Of a DNA stretch of 64,000 nt, positions 1-8,384 are shown piece after piece. The DNA comes from a bacterium. Its GTDB lineage: Bacteria; UBA8248. Positions within the stretch are counted from its first letter, which is position 1. Every line of letters starts with the position of its first letter. The DNA lies in the NCBI GenBank assembly GCA_965261085.1, contig OZ253442.1, positions 3,808,001 to 3,872,000 of the forward strand, written 5' to 3'. Made by a program: the position numbers and the translations under genes. Below the pieces are notes generated by a model. That model was not told the origin of the DNA. It ran no database searches and saw nothing but the letters and a program-made list of their open reading frames with translations.

Positions 1-2431
1 GCGTGTAGGTGCCGACATCATTGCCGTAACCGCCTGCCGACACGTAGTAGGTGCCGCCCTCATCCGGCCTGAAATACACCCGGCTGTTGTAGTCCTCGCC
101 GCCGCCCCAGTCCGTCGTGCCCTCGTGCCGGTCGCCGTTGGCATCGTAGATCCCGCGCAGATACGGGGCACCCAACGTGCCGTCGCCGGTCGACACTCCC
201 TTGAGGTCGAAGCGATAGAGCTTGCCCGCCTCCAGGGTCACCGCAAACCAGTCGCGGTCGCCGGCGGGCTCGATAGTGCCCGTGGCCGAGCCGCCGACCA
301 CAACCATCCCGGTCGTGGCGGTGTCGGCCGCGTAGTCGTCGGCCGGAGTCTCGCTGACCGCCAGCGTGTAAGTGCCGCGCCAACCGCCGTAAGCTCCTGC
401 CGACACGTAGTAGGTGGCGTCCTCATCCGGCGTGAAATACACATAGCTGTTGACGCCCACGCCGCTGCCCCAGTCCGTCGTGCCGGCGTACCGGTCGCCG
501 TCCTCGTTGTAGATCCCGCGCAGATACGTGTGCTCCAAGGTGCCGTCGCCGGTCCACGACCCCTTCTGGTCGAACCGGTAGCTCTTGCCCGCCTCCAGCT
601 CGACCGCGAACCAGTCCCGGTCGCTGTTTCTCCCGATGTTGCCCGTGGCCGAGCCGCCGACCGCGACCCGGCCCGTGGTGGTGACGTCGGTCGGCAGGTC
701 GGCGTCGCCCTCCGAGACGCTCGCCGCCTCGTCCTGGGCCTGGGCTGTCTCGGGCTCCGCCGGCGGGACGACCGTTTCCGCAGGCGGCTCGTCCTGTTCC
801 TGTTCCTGCTGCTGAACCTGCTCCTGCGCGACCGGCGGATCCTCGGAATCCGGGTCCGGCGCCACGATCGGCGGCGAGGTGTCCGTCACCTCGACCTCGT
901 AGGTGCCCCGGCCGGAAAAGATCCCCGCCGCGCCCGCCGCGATGTAGTGGGTGCCGCTCCCGGTCGCCGTGAAGGTCACCCGGCTGTTGTAGCCTTCGCC
1001 CCCGTCGTCGTTCCTCGTACGCGCAATGAGATTGCCGTCGGAATCGTGGATACCGCCCAGATAGGGATCGCTCAGCGTGCCGTCACCCGTGGGGCCGCCT
1101 CTCAGATCGATGACGTAGGTCCGCCCCGCCACCAGCTCCACCGCGAACCAGTCGCGGTCGCCGTTGCTCCCGACCTCGCCCGTGGCCGTGTCGCCGACCG
1201 TCACCCGCCCGCTCGTGGAGGCGCCCGCCGAGAAGTCCTCGCCGGCAGGTTCCGATACCGTCTGCGGCGTACTCTGGTCCGGTTGCGCAACAGGCGGATT
1301 GCCCTCCACCGGCTCATCCACGTCGGTGACGCTGACGGTCGCGGTGGCATCGGTCGTCTGATCCCCGTCACTCGCCCGGACGGTCAGCTCGAAGCTGGTC
1401 GAACCGGTCTCGTAGTCCTCGCCCCCGCCCGTGTAGAACAGTTCGCCGCCGGCCGCGTCGATCTCGAACAGCCCCGCCGCGTTGCCGCCCTCGATGCTGT
1501 AGGTCACTGAACCGCCGTCCGGATCCGTCGCCGAGACCGTGCCCAGCGATATCCGGTTCGCGCTGCCGTCCGCGTTCTCCGGGAGTTCGAAACCGTAGAA
1601 CCGAGAGCCGAATGCCGGTGGCTGCTGCTGAACCTGCTCCTGCGCCGATGCCTGCTCCGCCTCCAGCCGCGCCACTTCGACCGGGTCCGCGTCGCCCACC
1701 CCGTAGCGGAACACATACGCGTTCGCACCCGCCTCCTGCGCCTCAACCCGTACGTAATACGTCCCCGCCGGCAGCGTCTCGCGCATCCACTCGTTCGCCG
1801 TGCCGGAACGCTCGCTGCTGTGCAGCACGTTGCCCTCTGCGTCCTCCAGCACCAGGTCCGCATCGGCGTCCTGGCGCCGAAGCCCAAGCGCCACCTCGCG
1901 CGGCCCGCTCAGCGTGAACCGGTACCAGGCCACCGCATCGGCGCCGCCGTCGAGCGCGCCCCGCGGGAACCGCGCCGCCGCCAACTCCGTGATGTCCCCG
2001 AGGTCCTCGGCCGCCGCGCGCGCCGGCTCCGGCTCGGCCGGTGGCGGGTTTTCCACCGACCCCGGCGTCACGTCCGACACCCCCAGCGTGTAGGTCCCCG
2101 TCTCGTCGCGGTCGCCCGACGCACGCACGTAGTAGGTCCCAGTCTCACGCGCCGTGAACGTCACCCGGCTGTCGCGCCCGCCCTCGAAATCGTCGTTGTA
2201 GCTGCCCGACTGGTAGCGCCCCTCGCTGTCGTAGATGGCTCGCAGGAAGGTGTCGCGCAGCGTCCCGCCCCCGCTCGGGCTGCCTCCGAGGTCGAACTGG
2301 TAGGTCCGCCCCGCCTCCAACTCCACCGCGAACCAGTCCTGGTCATGGGCCGTCTCGATGGTCGCGGTGGCCGTACCGCCCACCGCGACCGAACCCGTGG
2401 TGCCGGTGTTTGCCGTATAATCGTCAGTCAT
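1..2431 (-). CDS. Large repetitive surface/adhesin-like protein with PPC (pre-peptidase C-terminal)-like repeats and a cadherin domain; partial, continues beyond the left edge
   Basis: Manual translation from ATG 2431 (purine-rich RBS GAAAGGAAAGGGGG) gives MTDDYTANTGTTGSVAVGGTATATIETAHDQDWFAVELEAGRTYQFDL... and stays open to position 2. It has four 'DxDWFAVxLxAG..Y..D..G...GTY' repeats, one 'WYRFTL..DADLVLED..GTYYVRV' PPC variant and one cadherin-like unit (PEN..ATDPDG..YSI..DYE..VRASDG..VTDVDE). It is not in the ORF track because there is no stop in the window. Confidence 0.85.
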   Translation of the reverse strand, partial: MTDDYTANTGTTGSVAVGGTATATIETAHDQDWFAVELEAGRTYQFDLGGSPSGGGTLRDTFLRAIYDSEGRYQSGSYNDDFEGGRDSRVTFTARETGTYYVRASGDRDETGTYTLGVSDVTPGSVENPPPAEPEPARAAAEDLGDITELAAARFPRGALDGGADAVAWYRFTLSGPREVALGLRRQDADADLVLEDAEGNVLHSSERSGTANEWMRETLPAGTYYVRVEAQEAGANAYVFRYGVGDADPVEVARLEAEQASAQEQVQQQPPAFGSRFYGFELPENADGSANRISLGTVSATDPDGGSVTYSIEGGNAAGLFEIDAAGGELFYTGGGEDYETGSTSFELTVRASDGDQTTDATATVSVTDVDEPVEGNPPVAQPDQSTPQTVSEPAGEDFSAGASTSGRVTVGDTATGEVGSNGDRDWFAVELVAGRTYVIDLRGGPTGDGTLSDPYLGGIHDSDGNLIARTRNDDGGEGYNSRVTFTATGSGTHYIAAGAAGIFSGRGTYEVEVTDTSPPIVAPDPDSEDPPVAQEQVQQQEQEQDEPPAETVVPPAEPETAQAQDEAASVSEGDADLPTDVTTTGRVAVGGSATGNIGRNSDRDWFAVELEAGKSYRFDQKGSWTGDGTLEHTYLRGIYNEDGDRYAGTTDWGSGVGVNSYVYFTPDEDATYYVSAGAYGGWRGTYTLAVSETPADDYAADTATTGMVVVGGSATGTIEPAGDRDWFAVTLEAGKLYRFDLKGVSTGDGTLGAPYLRGIYDANGDRHEGTTDWGGGEDYNSRVYFRPDEGGTYYVSAGGYGNDVGTYT
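806..1645. repeat. Identical 24-bp direct repeat (806-829 and 1622-1645) encoding the AQEQVQQQ linker in the adhesin gene
   Basis: CTGCTGCTGAACCTGCTCCTGCGC read at both positions; spacing 816 bp (in frame). Confidence 0.85.
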
Positions 2432-2646
2432 GGCTGCCCCCTTTCCTTTCCCGTGCAATCAATTAAATATAAGTTCCCGGACCTCCGTCCGCCCGTACCC
2501 GTGGACGGACATCAGAGGGCCGGAGACGGAACCGCCCGGCGGTCTAGCGGACTTGCGATCTATTCTTGAGGTTTGAGGCCTTGCGCAATATGCATCCGTG
2601 GAAACACGGATTCCCGTACACGCCATCTTTCTTCTTTCCCTTTCAC

Positions 2647-2724
2647 GAGGCGCCCCATGAACCGGGCCCGTACGACCAAGTCGAGCGACACGTAGCCGGC
2701 TCGTGGTACGGAACCAGGCGCCTC
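2647..2724. other. Nested inverted repeat (long interrupted hairpin) upstream of the adhesin gene
   Basis: Nested pairs GAGGCGCC/GGCGCCTC, CCGTAC/GTACGG and CGAGC/GCTCG. Confidence 0.5.
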
Positions 2725-3472
2725 CTGGCCAAAATATGATCACTTTCCAGGATAAACGATTCGGACACACCTTGTGAAACGGAAAATTTTTGGGCTAGGG
2801 ATATTTGTATTTGGGCATATGCGGGGCCTTGCGGGGGGGTCGAGCGTTCGGCGTACCCGGAGACGGATGCCGGGATAGCGGCGTATTTGGGCAGGCTGTA
2901 AGGAAGCCCGGCGGCCACAGGCGAGGGGAGGAGACATGAGATGTCGAAACCCCCCAAACCGTAGGAACACGGCGCTACGGTGGCGATGGCGAAAGGCGAA
3001 ACAGGACGGAGGCGCGGTTGCGTAGTGCGGGTGGTAGGGGAGACGGGATGGTTCCGGCGACTCGGACCCGCCGGGATGCGCGGGAGTTTGAATTCGCCCG
3101 CTTTCGTTTTGATTGCATATTGCGGAAGGCGGATTCCGGATGAAGTTAGTAAAATAGGTATTTACGATTATATCAATAAGGTAATGGAATTTCTTCGCCG
3201 ATAAAAACACTCATCCGCCTCTAAGCGGGCGTGAAACGGTATCGACGGACTCGTTATCCTGCCGGTTTCCGGGAAAATTTCCCTACCGCTACTTTCTCCT
3301 TCGCGCGCCTCTCCTGTCGGAAGTGGACTGATACCGGTTCAGGACGCGGCTCGGTGTTTTTCGTATGAACGTAGCCGGATACCCAACTTTCGTAAAATAT
3401 TCGTCGACATGTCATGCCTGCATATTGATCAAATCCGGTTGCGAAACGATTACGTAATGAGGAAAGGCGCAA

Positions 3473-4570
3473 TCAAGCGGGTTGCGGTGTTGGTGAGAAT
3501 AACAAGTGATAACAAATAGATACGAGACTTTTGAGCACGTGGAAATCCCCGTATGTTGCACAAGAGTGGCGGAGGTCATGGAGGCGAACGCCGTCAAGGC
3601 CCGCGTGCGTGCGGACGGTCCGCCAGGCGTCGTCCAGCTTCCTGAGGTGCGTGCCCGGTTTCCTGCCGGGGATCACCCAGGGGCTGCCGGGCAGGCGCGG
3701 GAGAGCGGCGAGAAGCTTGACCACAGGCTGTGAGAGCGAAACGACCCGCGCGCCCGTCTTGGAGTCCGCGAGCCGCAGTTCCGCTTGATTGAGCGCCACC
3801 TCCTCCCAGCGCAGCGTGAGGATCTCCGATTTCCGGCACCCGGTCAGGATCAGGAGCTTGATGGCGGCCACCGCGCTCGCCGACGCGCCGCCCTTCGCCT
3901 CCGCCTCGTCCAGGGCGCGTCCCAGACGCACGAATTCCGACTCGGTGAGGAAGCGCTCCCGCCTGCGGCCGGGGTATTCGGAGATGGCGCGGCAGGGGTT
4001 TGATAATCCGTCAGGCGCCAGTTCCCAGCTCTCAGCCAGTTTGTACATCGCGGACAGCGCCCGGACGGCCTGGTTCGCGGCCGCGGGCGTCGCGCGCAGC
4101 CGCTGGTGGAGTTCCACCACGTGTTTGCGCCCGACCGACGCGAGGGGCAGCTTTCCCAGCGCCGGCACGATGTGCTTGCAAACCACGGAGCTGACCGTCT
4201 TCACGGTGCGCGGCTTACAGCGCACGGAGACGTATTCGGCTAGATAGCGCTTCGCGAGCTCGGCCACCGTGGGACCGCCTGCGGGGTTGAGTGGCTTGGG
4301 CACAGCCTCCTCGCCCGCCTTGATCCGCGCGATGACGAGCGCCGCGCGCTTGCGCGCCTGATCGGCATGTATCACCCCGTGGCGGCCCACCGCCACGCGC
4401 CTGGGGCCTCCCGGCCCCCGCGCCTGGGCGACGTACACCTTGGCCCCCGTGGGATATACCCGCACCCCGAAGCCGGTGAGGTCGCGGTCCCAATACACGG
4501 TGTCCTTCTCGACCGTTAGTTTCGTGACCGCGCGGTTCGAGAGCGTTTTCATCGTGGGCTTCGTCGTCAT
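3473..4570 (-). pseudogene. Tyrosine recombinase (arm-binding-domain integrase), C-terminally truncated after HDLRHS
   Basis: N-terminal arm-binding domain (WDRDLTGFGVRV), TGCRKSE, DSKTG and HDLRHS are present. An unrelated tail (CATYGDFHV...) follows and lacks the LGH...T.RY catalytic His/Tyr segment found in the neighbouring paralog. Confidence 0.8.
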
Positions 4571-5748
4571 CGCTCCATCCTCCCGTTCACGACGTGGACG
4601 CCGATGCTCTCGCCTACACGGGCGGCCGCCGCCTTCTCGGCGTCTCGCATCAGGTGTGCGTAGCGCGCCGTGCTCACCACGTGGCGGTGGCCGAGCAGCC
4701 TGCCGATCGCCGATAAACTCTCGCCGAGCGCCAGCGCCCGCGATGCGTAGCTATGTCTCAGGTCATGGATTCGTACATCGTCGAGCCCCGCCCGCTCCCT
4801 CACGGCCCCCCAGTAGTAGGAGAGGTTCCCCAGGCGGTTCTTCCCGTACCTTGAGGGGATCACCCAGGAGTTGTCCGGCGAGCGGGGGACCTCCTCCAGC
4901 ACCCTCTTGACGGGCGCCGTGAGCGGAACCATCCTCGGTCCCGCCTTGGCGTCCCTGAGCCTGAGCTCCCCCGCCGTGCGGTCCACGTCGTCCCACCTGA
5001 GGTCCAGTATCTCGCTCCGCCTGCACCCGGTCAGGGCCAGGAGCCTGATCGCCGCCACCGCAGGCGTCCACGTCCTCTCCTCCGCCTCCAGGTCACGGAG
5101 CGCGCGGCCCAGGCGGCGGAATTCCTCTTGCGTCAGGAACCGCTCCCGCTTACGCGTCCGGAAGCGGCGCACCGCCCGGCAGGGGTTCTCCCCGGGCGGG
5201 AGCAGGTCCCACGCCTCGGCCATCTTGAACATTTTAGAGAGTAGCCCCAGGGCCGCGTTGGCCACGGCGGGCGTCGCGCGGAGGCCGTGATGGAGTGCGG
5301 CGACCTCCGCCCGGCCGACCTCTTCGAGCGCCGTACCGCCCAGCGCAGGCTCGATGTGGTTCTCTAGCAAGGAGCGGTACGTCCTGGCGGTGTCGGGCTT
5401 GCAGTGCGTCCCGACGTGGTCGCTCATGAAACGCTCGGCAAGGCCCGCCACGGTGAGTTCCGCCTCGGGCGGCTTGGGCTCGGGCTCCTCGCCCCGCTTG
5501 ATGCGGTCGATGACGAGTGCGGCTTGTTTCCTCGCCTCATCGCACGACAACTCGCCGTGTTTGCCCAGCGTCACGCGCTTCGGTCCCCACGGACCCCGGG
5601 ACTGCACCACGTAGACCTTCCTGCCCGTGGCGTAGACCCGCACCCCGAAGCCCGCCAGCTCCCGGTCCCAGAAGACGGCGTCGTTCGTCTCGACAGATAG
5701 CGCGTCGACTACGCGTTTGGTAAGCTTGCGTTCGCTTCTTTTCGGCAT
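4567..5748 (-). CDS. Tyrosine recombinase/integrase with arm-binding domain (complete)
   Basis: WDRELAGFGVRV, TGCRRSE, DAKAG, HDLRHS and LGHRHVVSTARY (full R-K-H-R-H-Y set); ATGA overlap with the downstream paralog. Confidence 0.93.
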   Translation of the reverse strand: MPKRSERKLTKRVVDALSVETNDAVFWDRELAGFGVRVYATGRKVYVVQSRGPWGPKRVTLGKHGELSCDEARKQAALVIDRIKRGEEPEPKPPEAELTVAGLAERFMSDHVGTHCKPDTARTYRSLLENHIEPALGGTALEEVGRAEVAALHHGLRATPAVANAALGLLSKMFKMAEAWDLLPPGENPCRAVRRFRTRKRERFLTQEEFRRLGRALRDLEAEERTWTPAVAAIRLLALTGCRRSEILDLRWDDVDRTAGELRLRDAKAGPRMVPLTAPVKRVLEEVPRSPDNSWVIPSRYGKNRLGNLSYYWGAVRERAGLDDVRIHDLRHSYASRALALGESLSAIGRLLGHRHVVSTARYAHLMRDAEKAAAARVGESIGVHVVNGRMER

Positions 5749-6286
5749 GGGCGCTCCCTGAAAATCGTGTCACGGGCCTGAGGATATGGACGATCCGTAA
5801 TCAATACGCATACGTCCGGCATCAAACGTGCGTCCATTAAAGCGTAAATCTGACGTAAATGCAAGGGGAGGCGAAAAAGAAAACATGATAATTATCGCTT
5901 TTAATACAGCGATTTATCGTGCTTGAGGGTATCCGGTAGTACGATTGTCCATGGGACGGAATTATTAACGCGTCTTTCGATAAATTAACGGCTATTTATT
6001 TTCTTCGGAAATGACGCCGCCGAAATGCGGCGCAGGGGAATTCTGCCATGGACAGCTACTCCTGCGATGACGGAAAATGCGCGGATTTGCGGGGAGTTGC
6101 AGTGGGGATATTCCCCCGGGCGCAGCGACCGGTTTTCATTTTTTCCATAGGGGATATCACATTTAATTTCAATTGCTTAGATGGCATCGTCCCACCGGCG
6201 CGCATCATGCCCGTGGCGAGGCGACCCGATTTGGTGATATAATACTGGAATCATTACCGAGAGTTTCCAGCATAGAGGACATCGCA

Positions 6287-6928
6287 ATGCCCAGACGCCA
6301 TAAGGTGCGTAAATTCAAGCCCTATCTCATGCGCTACCTCCATTCCGACGACCCGAACTTCGAGCCCGTTCTCCACGATCTGCTCGAACACGAGCACGAG
6401 GTGTATGACGAGAGCACCGTCGGCGAGGGCGCGGAGGTGACGCGCGGAGAGAGGCTTTCCCATATGTGGCACGTTGTTTTTACTGAACTTACCGACATTC
6501 TGACCCCGTTCCACATCGAGCAGCTTTTCGAGCGCCTGGAGAAGGACTTCTCCGCCAAATGCCGGATTCTGCGCGAGATGTCAGGCCCCCAGCCGGTGGA
6601 AAAAGAGCCCGAATTCAGGCATTACCTCATGCGCTATCTCCAATCCAACGACCCGAACTACGAGCCCGTGCTCAGAGATTTGCTCGAACACGAACACGAG
6701 ATCTACGACGCCATGTCGGCAAGCGAGGAGACGGATTTTCAGCGCGGAGAGAGCGGAACGCCCGCCTGGCAGGCGGTCCATGGCCAACTCTCGAAAGTCG
6801 TTTCGCCCGAGCAAATCAAGGAGCTATTCGACAAGCTGGAACGTGATTTTTCAGTCACTTGCGAGCTTTTCCACGAAATGGCCGAGGCCGAAAAACTCAT
6901 GCAGGAAGAAGAAGGTGGGCCCGGCTAG
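6287..6928 (+). CDS. Hypothetical protein made of two tandem ~100-aa homologous domains
   Basis: ATG 6287 with AGAGGA RBS. Repeats YLMRYLHSDDPNFEPVLHDLLEHEHEVYD..W..V...L..LFERLEKDFS..C and YLMRYLQSNDPNYEPVLRDLLEHEHEIYD..W..V...L..LFDKLERDFS..C. Confidence 0.85.
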   Translation: MPRRHKVRKFKPYLMRYLHSDDPNFEPVLHDLLEHEHEVYDESTVGEGAEVTRGERLSHMWHVVFTELTDILTPFHIEQLFERLEKDFSAKCRILREMSGPQPVEKEPEFRHYLMRYLQSNDPNYEPVLRDLLEHEHEIYDAMSASEETDFQRGESGTPAWQAVHGQLSKVVSPEQIKELFDKLERDFSVTCELFHEMAEAEKLMQEEEGGPG

Positions 6929-7062
6929 GCTTAGGGTTTGCGCCTCTGATCCTCTTGCCACTCCTGGCCGCAATACTTACAATCCAAGGCTCATTGCGTC
7001 CAAAGACAATCGAACACATCATGAAACCCGAGGTTTGCAGCTTATCGAGAGGGGATTCCCGC

Positions 7063-7449
7063 ATGGCCAAATACTCATACGACCATCTTCACTTCCGGAG
7101 CGAAGACCCGCACGCCGCCCGAGATTTCTGGATCAACATGTTCGGCGCCACCGTCGTCCAGGAGCGAGAATTGGGCGGCGCCCCGTCGTTCAACATGGAA
7201 TTGAACGGCATGGTGTTCCTCGTCTCCGGCAGGGCCGAAGGAGAAGATCCGGTTCGGACGGGCTCCGAGCCCCGCTACGGGCTGGATCATTTCGGGCTTT
7301 TGGTCGACAACATGGACGAGGCGCAAAAAGAGCTGACCGAAAAGGGCGCCGAGTGGATTTGCGAGCCCTGGGAGATACGCCCAGGGGTGAAAATCGCCTT
7401 CATCAAAGGCCCCGATAACATCAGCATCGAAATGGCCCAGCGCAACTGA
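7063..7449 (+). CDS. VOC / glyoxalase family protein
   Basis: YDHLHF..FW..MFG, GLDHFGLLVD, AFIKGPDNISIE; GAGGGG RBS before ATG 7063. Confidence 0.88.
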   Translation: MAKYSYDHLHFRSEDPHAARDFWINMFGATVVQERELGGAPSFNMELNGMVFLVSGRAEGEDPVRTGSEPRYGLDHFGLLVDNMDEAQKELTEKGAEWICEPWEIRPGVKIAFIKGPDNISIEMAQRN

Positions 7450-7645
7450 TCCCGTGCGTACAACACTCGATACAGCATGACCGGGGGGTAATTGCACCTA
7501 CAAGGTTTTGTTCCCGTTCGCCCTCCGGCAGAGCGGAAGAGATGGCCTTGTGGGATATAACGCCAGAATTTCCAGCGCTGGTATATTCCAGCTCTGAAAT
7601 GATAATCTTTTTCGAGAAGCTTGCCCCGCCGCCAGGAATCTCGCC

Positions 7646-8326
7646 ATGAAAAAATGGAACAGACGAGAATTGCTGAAAAACTCCCTGCTCGGCCTCACCG
7701 CGCTGGGCACGGGCGCCTTCGCGTTTAGGAAAACCCTCGCCCCCACGCCTGCATACGGGGAATTGGGGGAATTCGGGAAATTCCTGCTCGCGCAAGGCGA
7801 GAAACTGGATGAAGCGCCGCCCAAAGCGCGAAAACCGACCGCCCCTGACGCCATGGGACCCTTTTACAAAAGTGGGGCTCCGTTCCGTGGTTATTTGATG
7901 CCGAGGGACGCACCGGGGGCGCGCATGATTATCCGCGGCCAAGTTTATGGCCATGACACCCAGAAAACGCTCGAAGGCGCGACCATCGACGTATGGCAGG
8001 CTGATACGAACGGCCGCTACCACGGTATGGATGAGAAGGATAATTACCTCTATAGAGCGCGTATGCGCACCTCAAGGCGAGGTCTGTATCAGTTCGAAAC
8101 CGTGCATCCGGGGCGTTACGGTTTCGGCTTCTGGGCGAGGCCGTCCCACATCCATTTTCATATCCGCCACCCTGGTTACCAGCCGCTGGTGACGCAGCTA
8201 TATTTTCGGGGTGACCCGAGATTGGGCGACCATGAACGCTCGAAACCCTCTTTGATCATTCCCCTCCAGAAAACTTTTGTGGGGAAAAGGTATGAACTAG
8301 GGTTTTTCGATATCGTTTTGGTGTAG
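7646..8326 (+). CDS. Intradiol ring-cleavage dioxygenase family protein with twin-arginine signal peptide
   Basis: NRRELLK plus hydrophobic stretch; GPFY, IDVWQADTNGRY, PGRY, RPSHIHF, LVTQLYF (2 Tyr/2 His iron ligands). Confidence 0.85.
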   Translation: MKKWNRRELLKNSLLGLTALGTGAFAFRKTLAPTPAYGELGEFGKFLLAQGEKLDEAPPKARKPTAPDAMGPFYKSGAPFRGYLMPRDAPGARMIIRGQVYGHDTQKTLEGATIDVWQADTNGRYHGMDEKDNYLYRARMRTSRRGLYQFETVHPGRYGFGFWARPSHIHFHIRHPGYQPLVTQLYFRGDPRLGDHERSKPSLIIPLQKTFVGKRYELGFFDIVLV

Positions 8327-8384
8327 AAGTGAGGGAGTCTACTCGTCTCCCGTATGAAACGAAGAAACCCGAAAGACCTGGCAC

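Larger units (their letters stand above)
1..6180. mobile_element. Putative integrative genomic island (right part): tandem integrases plus adhesin cargo
   Basis: Two integrases, visibly higher GC and codon bias than the core, and AT-rich flanks with IHF-like boxes. Boundaries are approximate. Confidence 0.55.

Noticed and set aside
125-2569. Long plus-strand ORFs 125-1510 and 1820-2569
   Set aside because: These are antisense shadows of the GC-rich minus-strand adhesin gene, with Arg/Val-rich non-protein-like translations.
2740-3472. ORFs in the adhesin-integrase intergenic region
   Set aside because: No RBS or motif support and composition atypical of coding DNA; treated as non-coding.
3200-3562. 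Group II intron interrupting integrase 2 (GTGCAAC at the junction)
   Set aside because: It is not GUGCG, and no domain V/VI, RT gene or downstream exon was found in the window.
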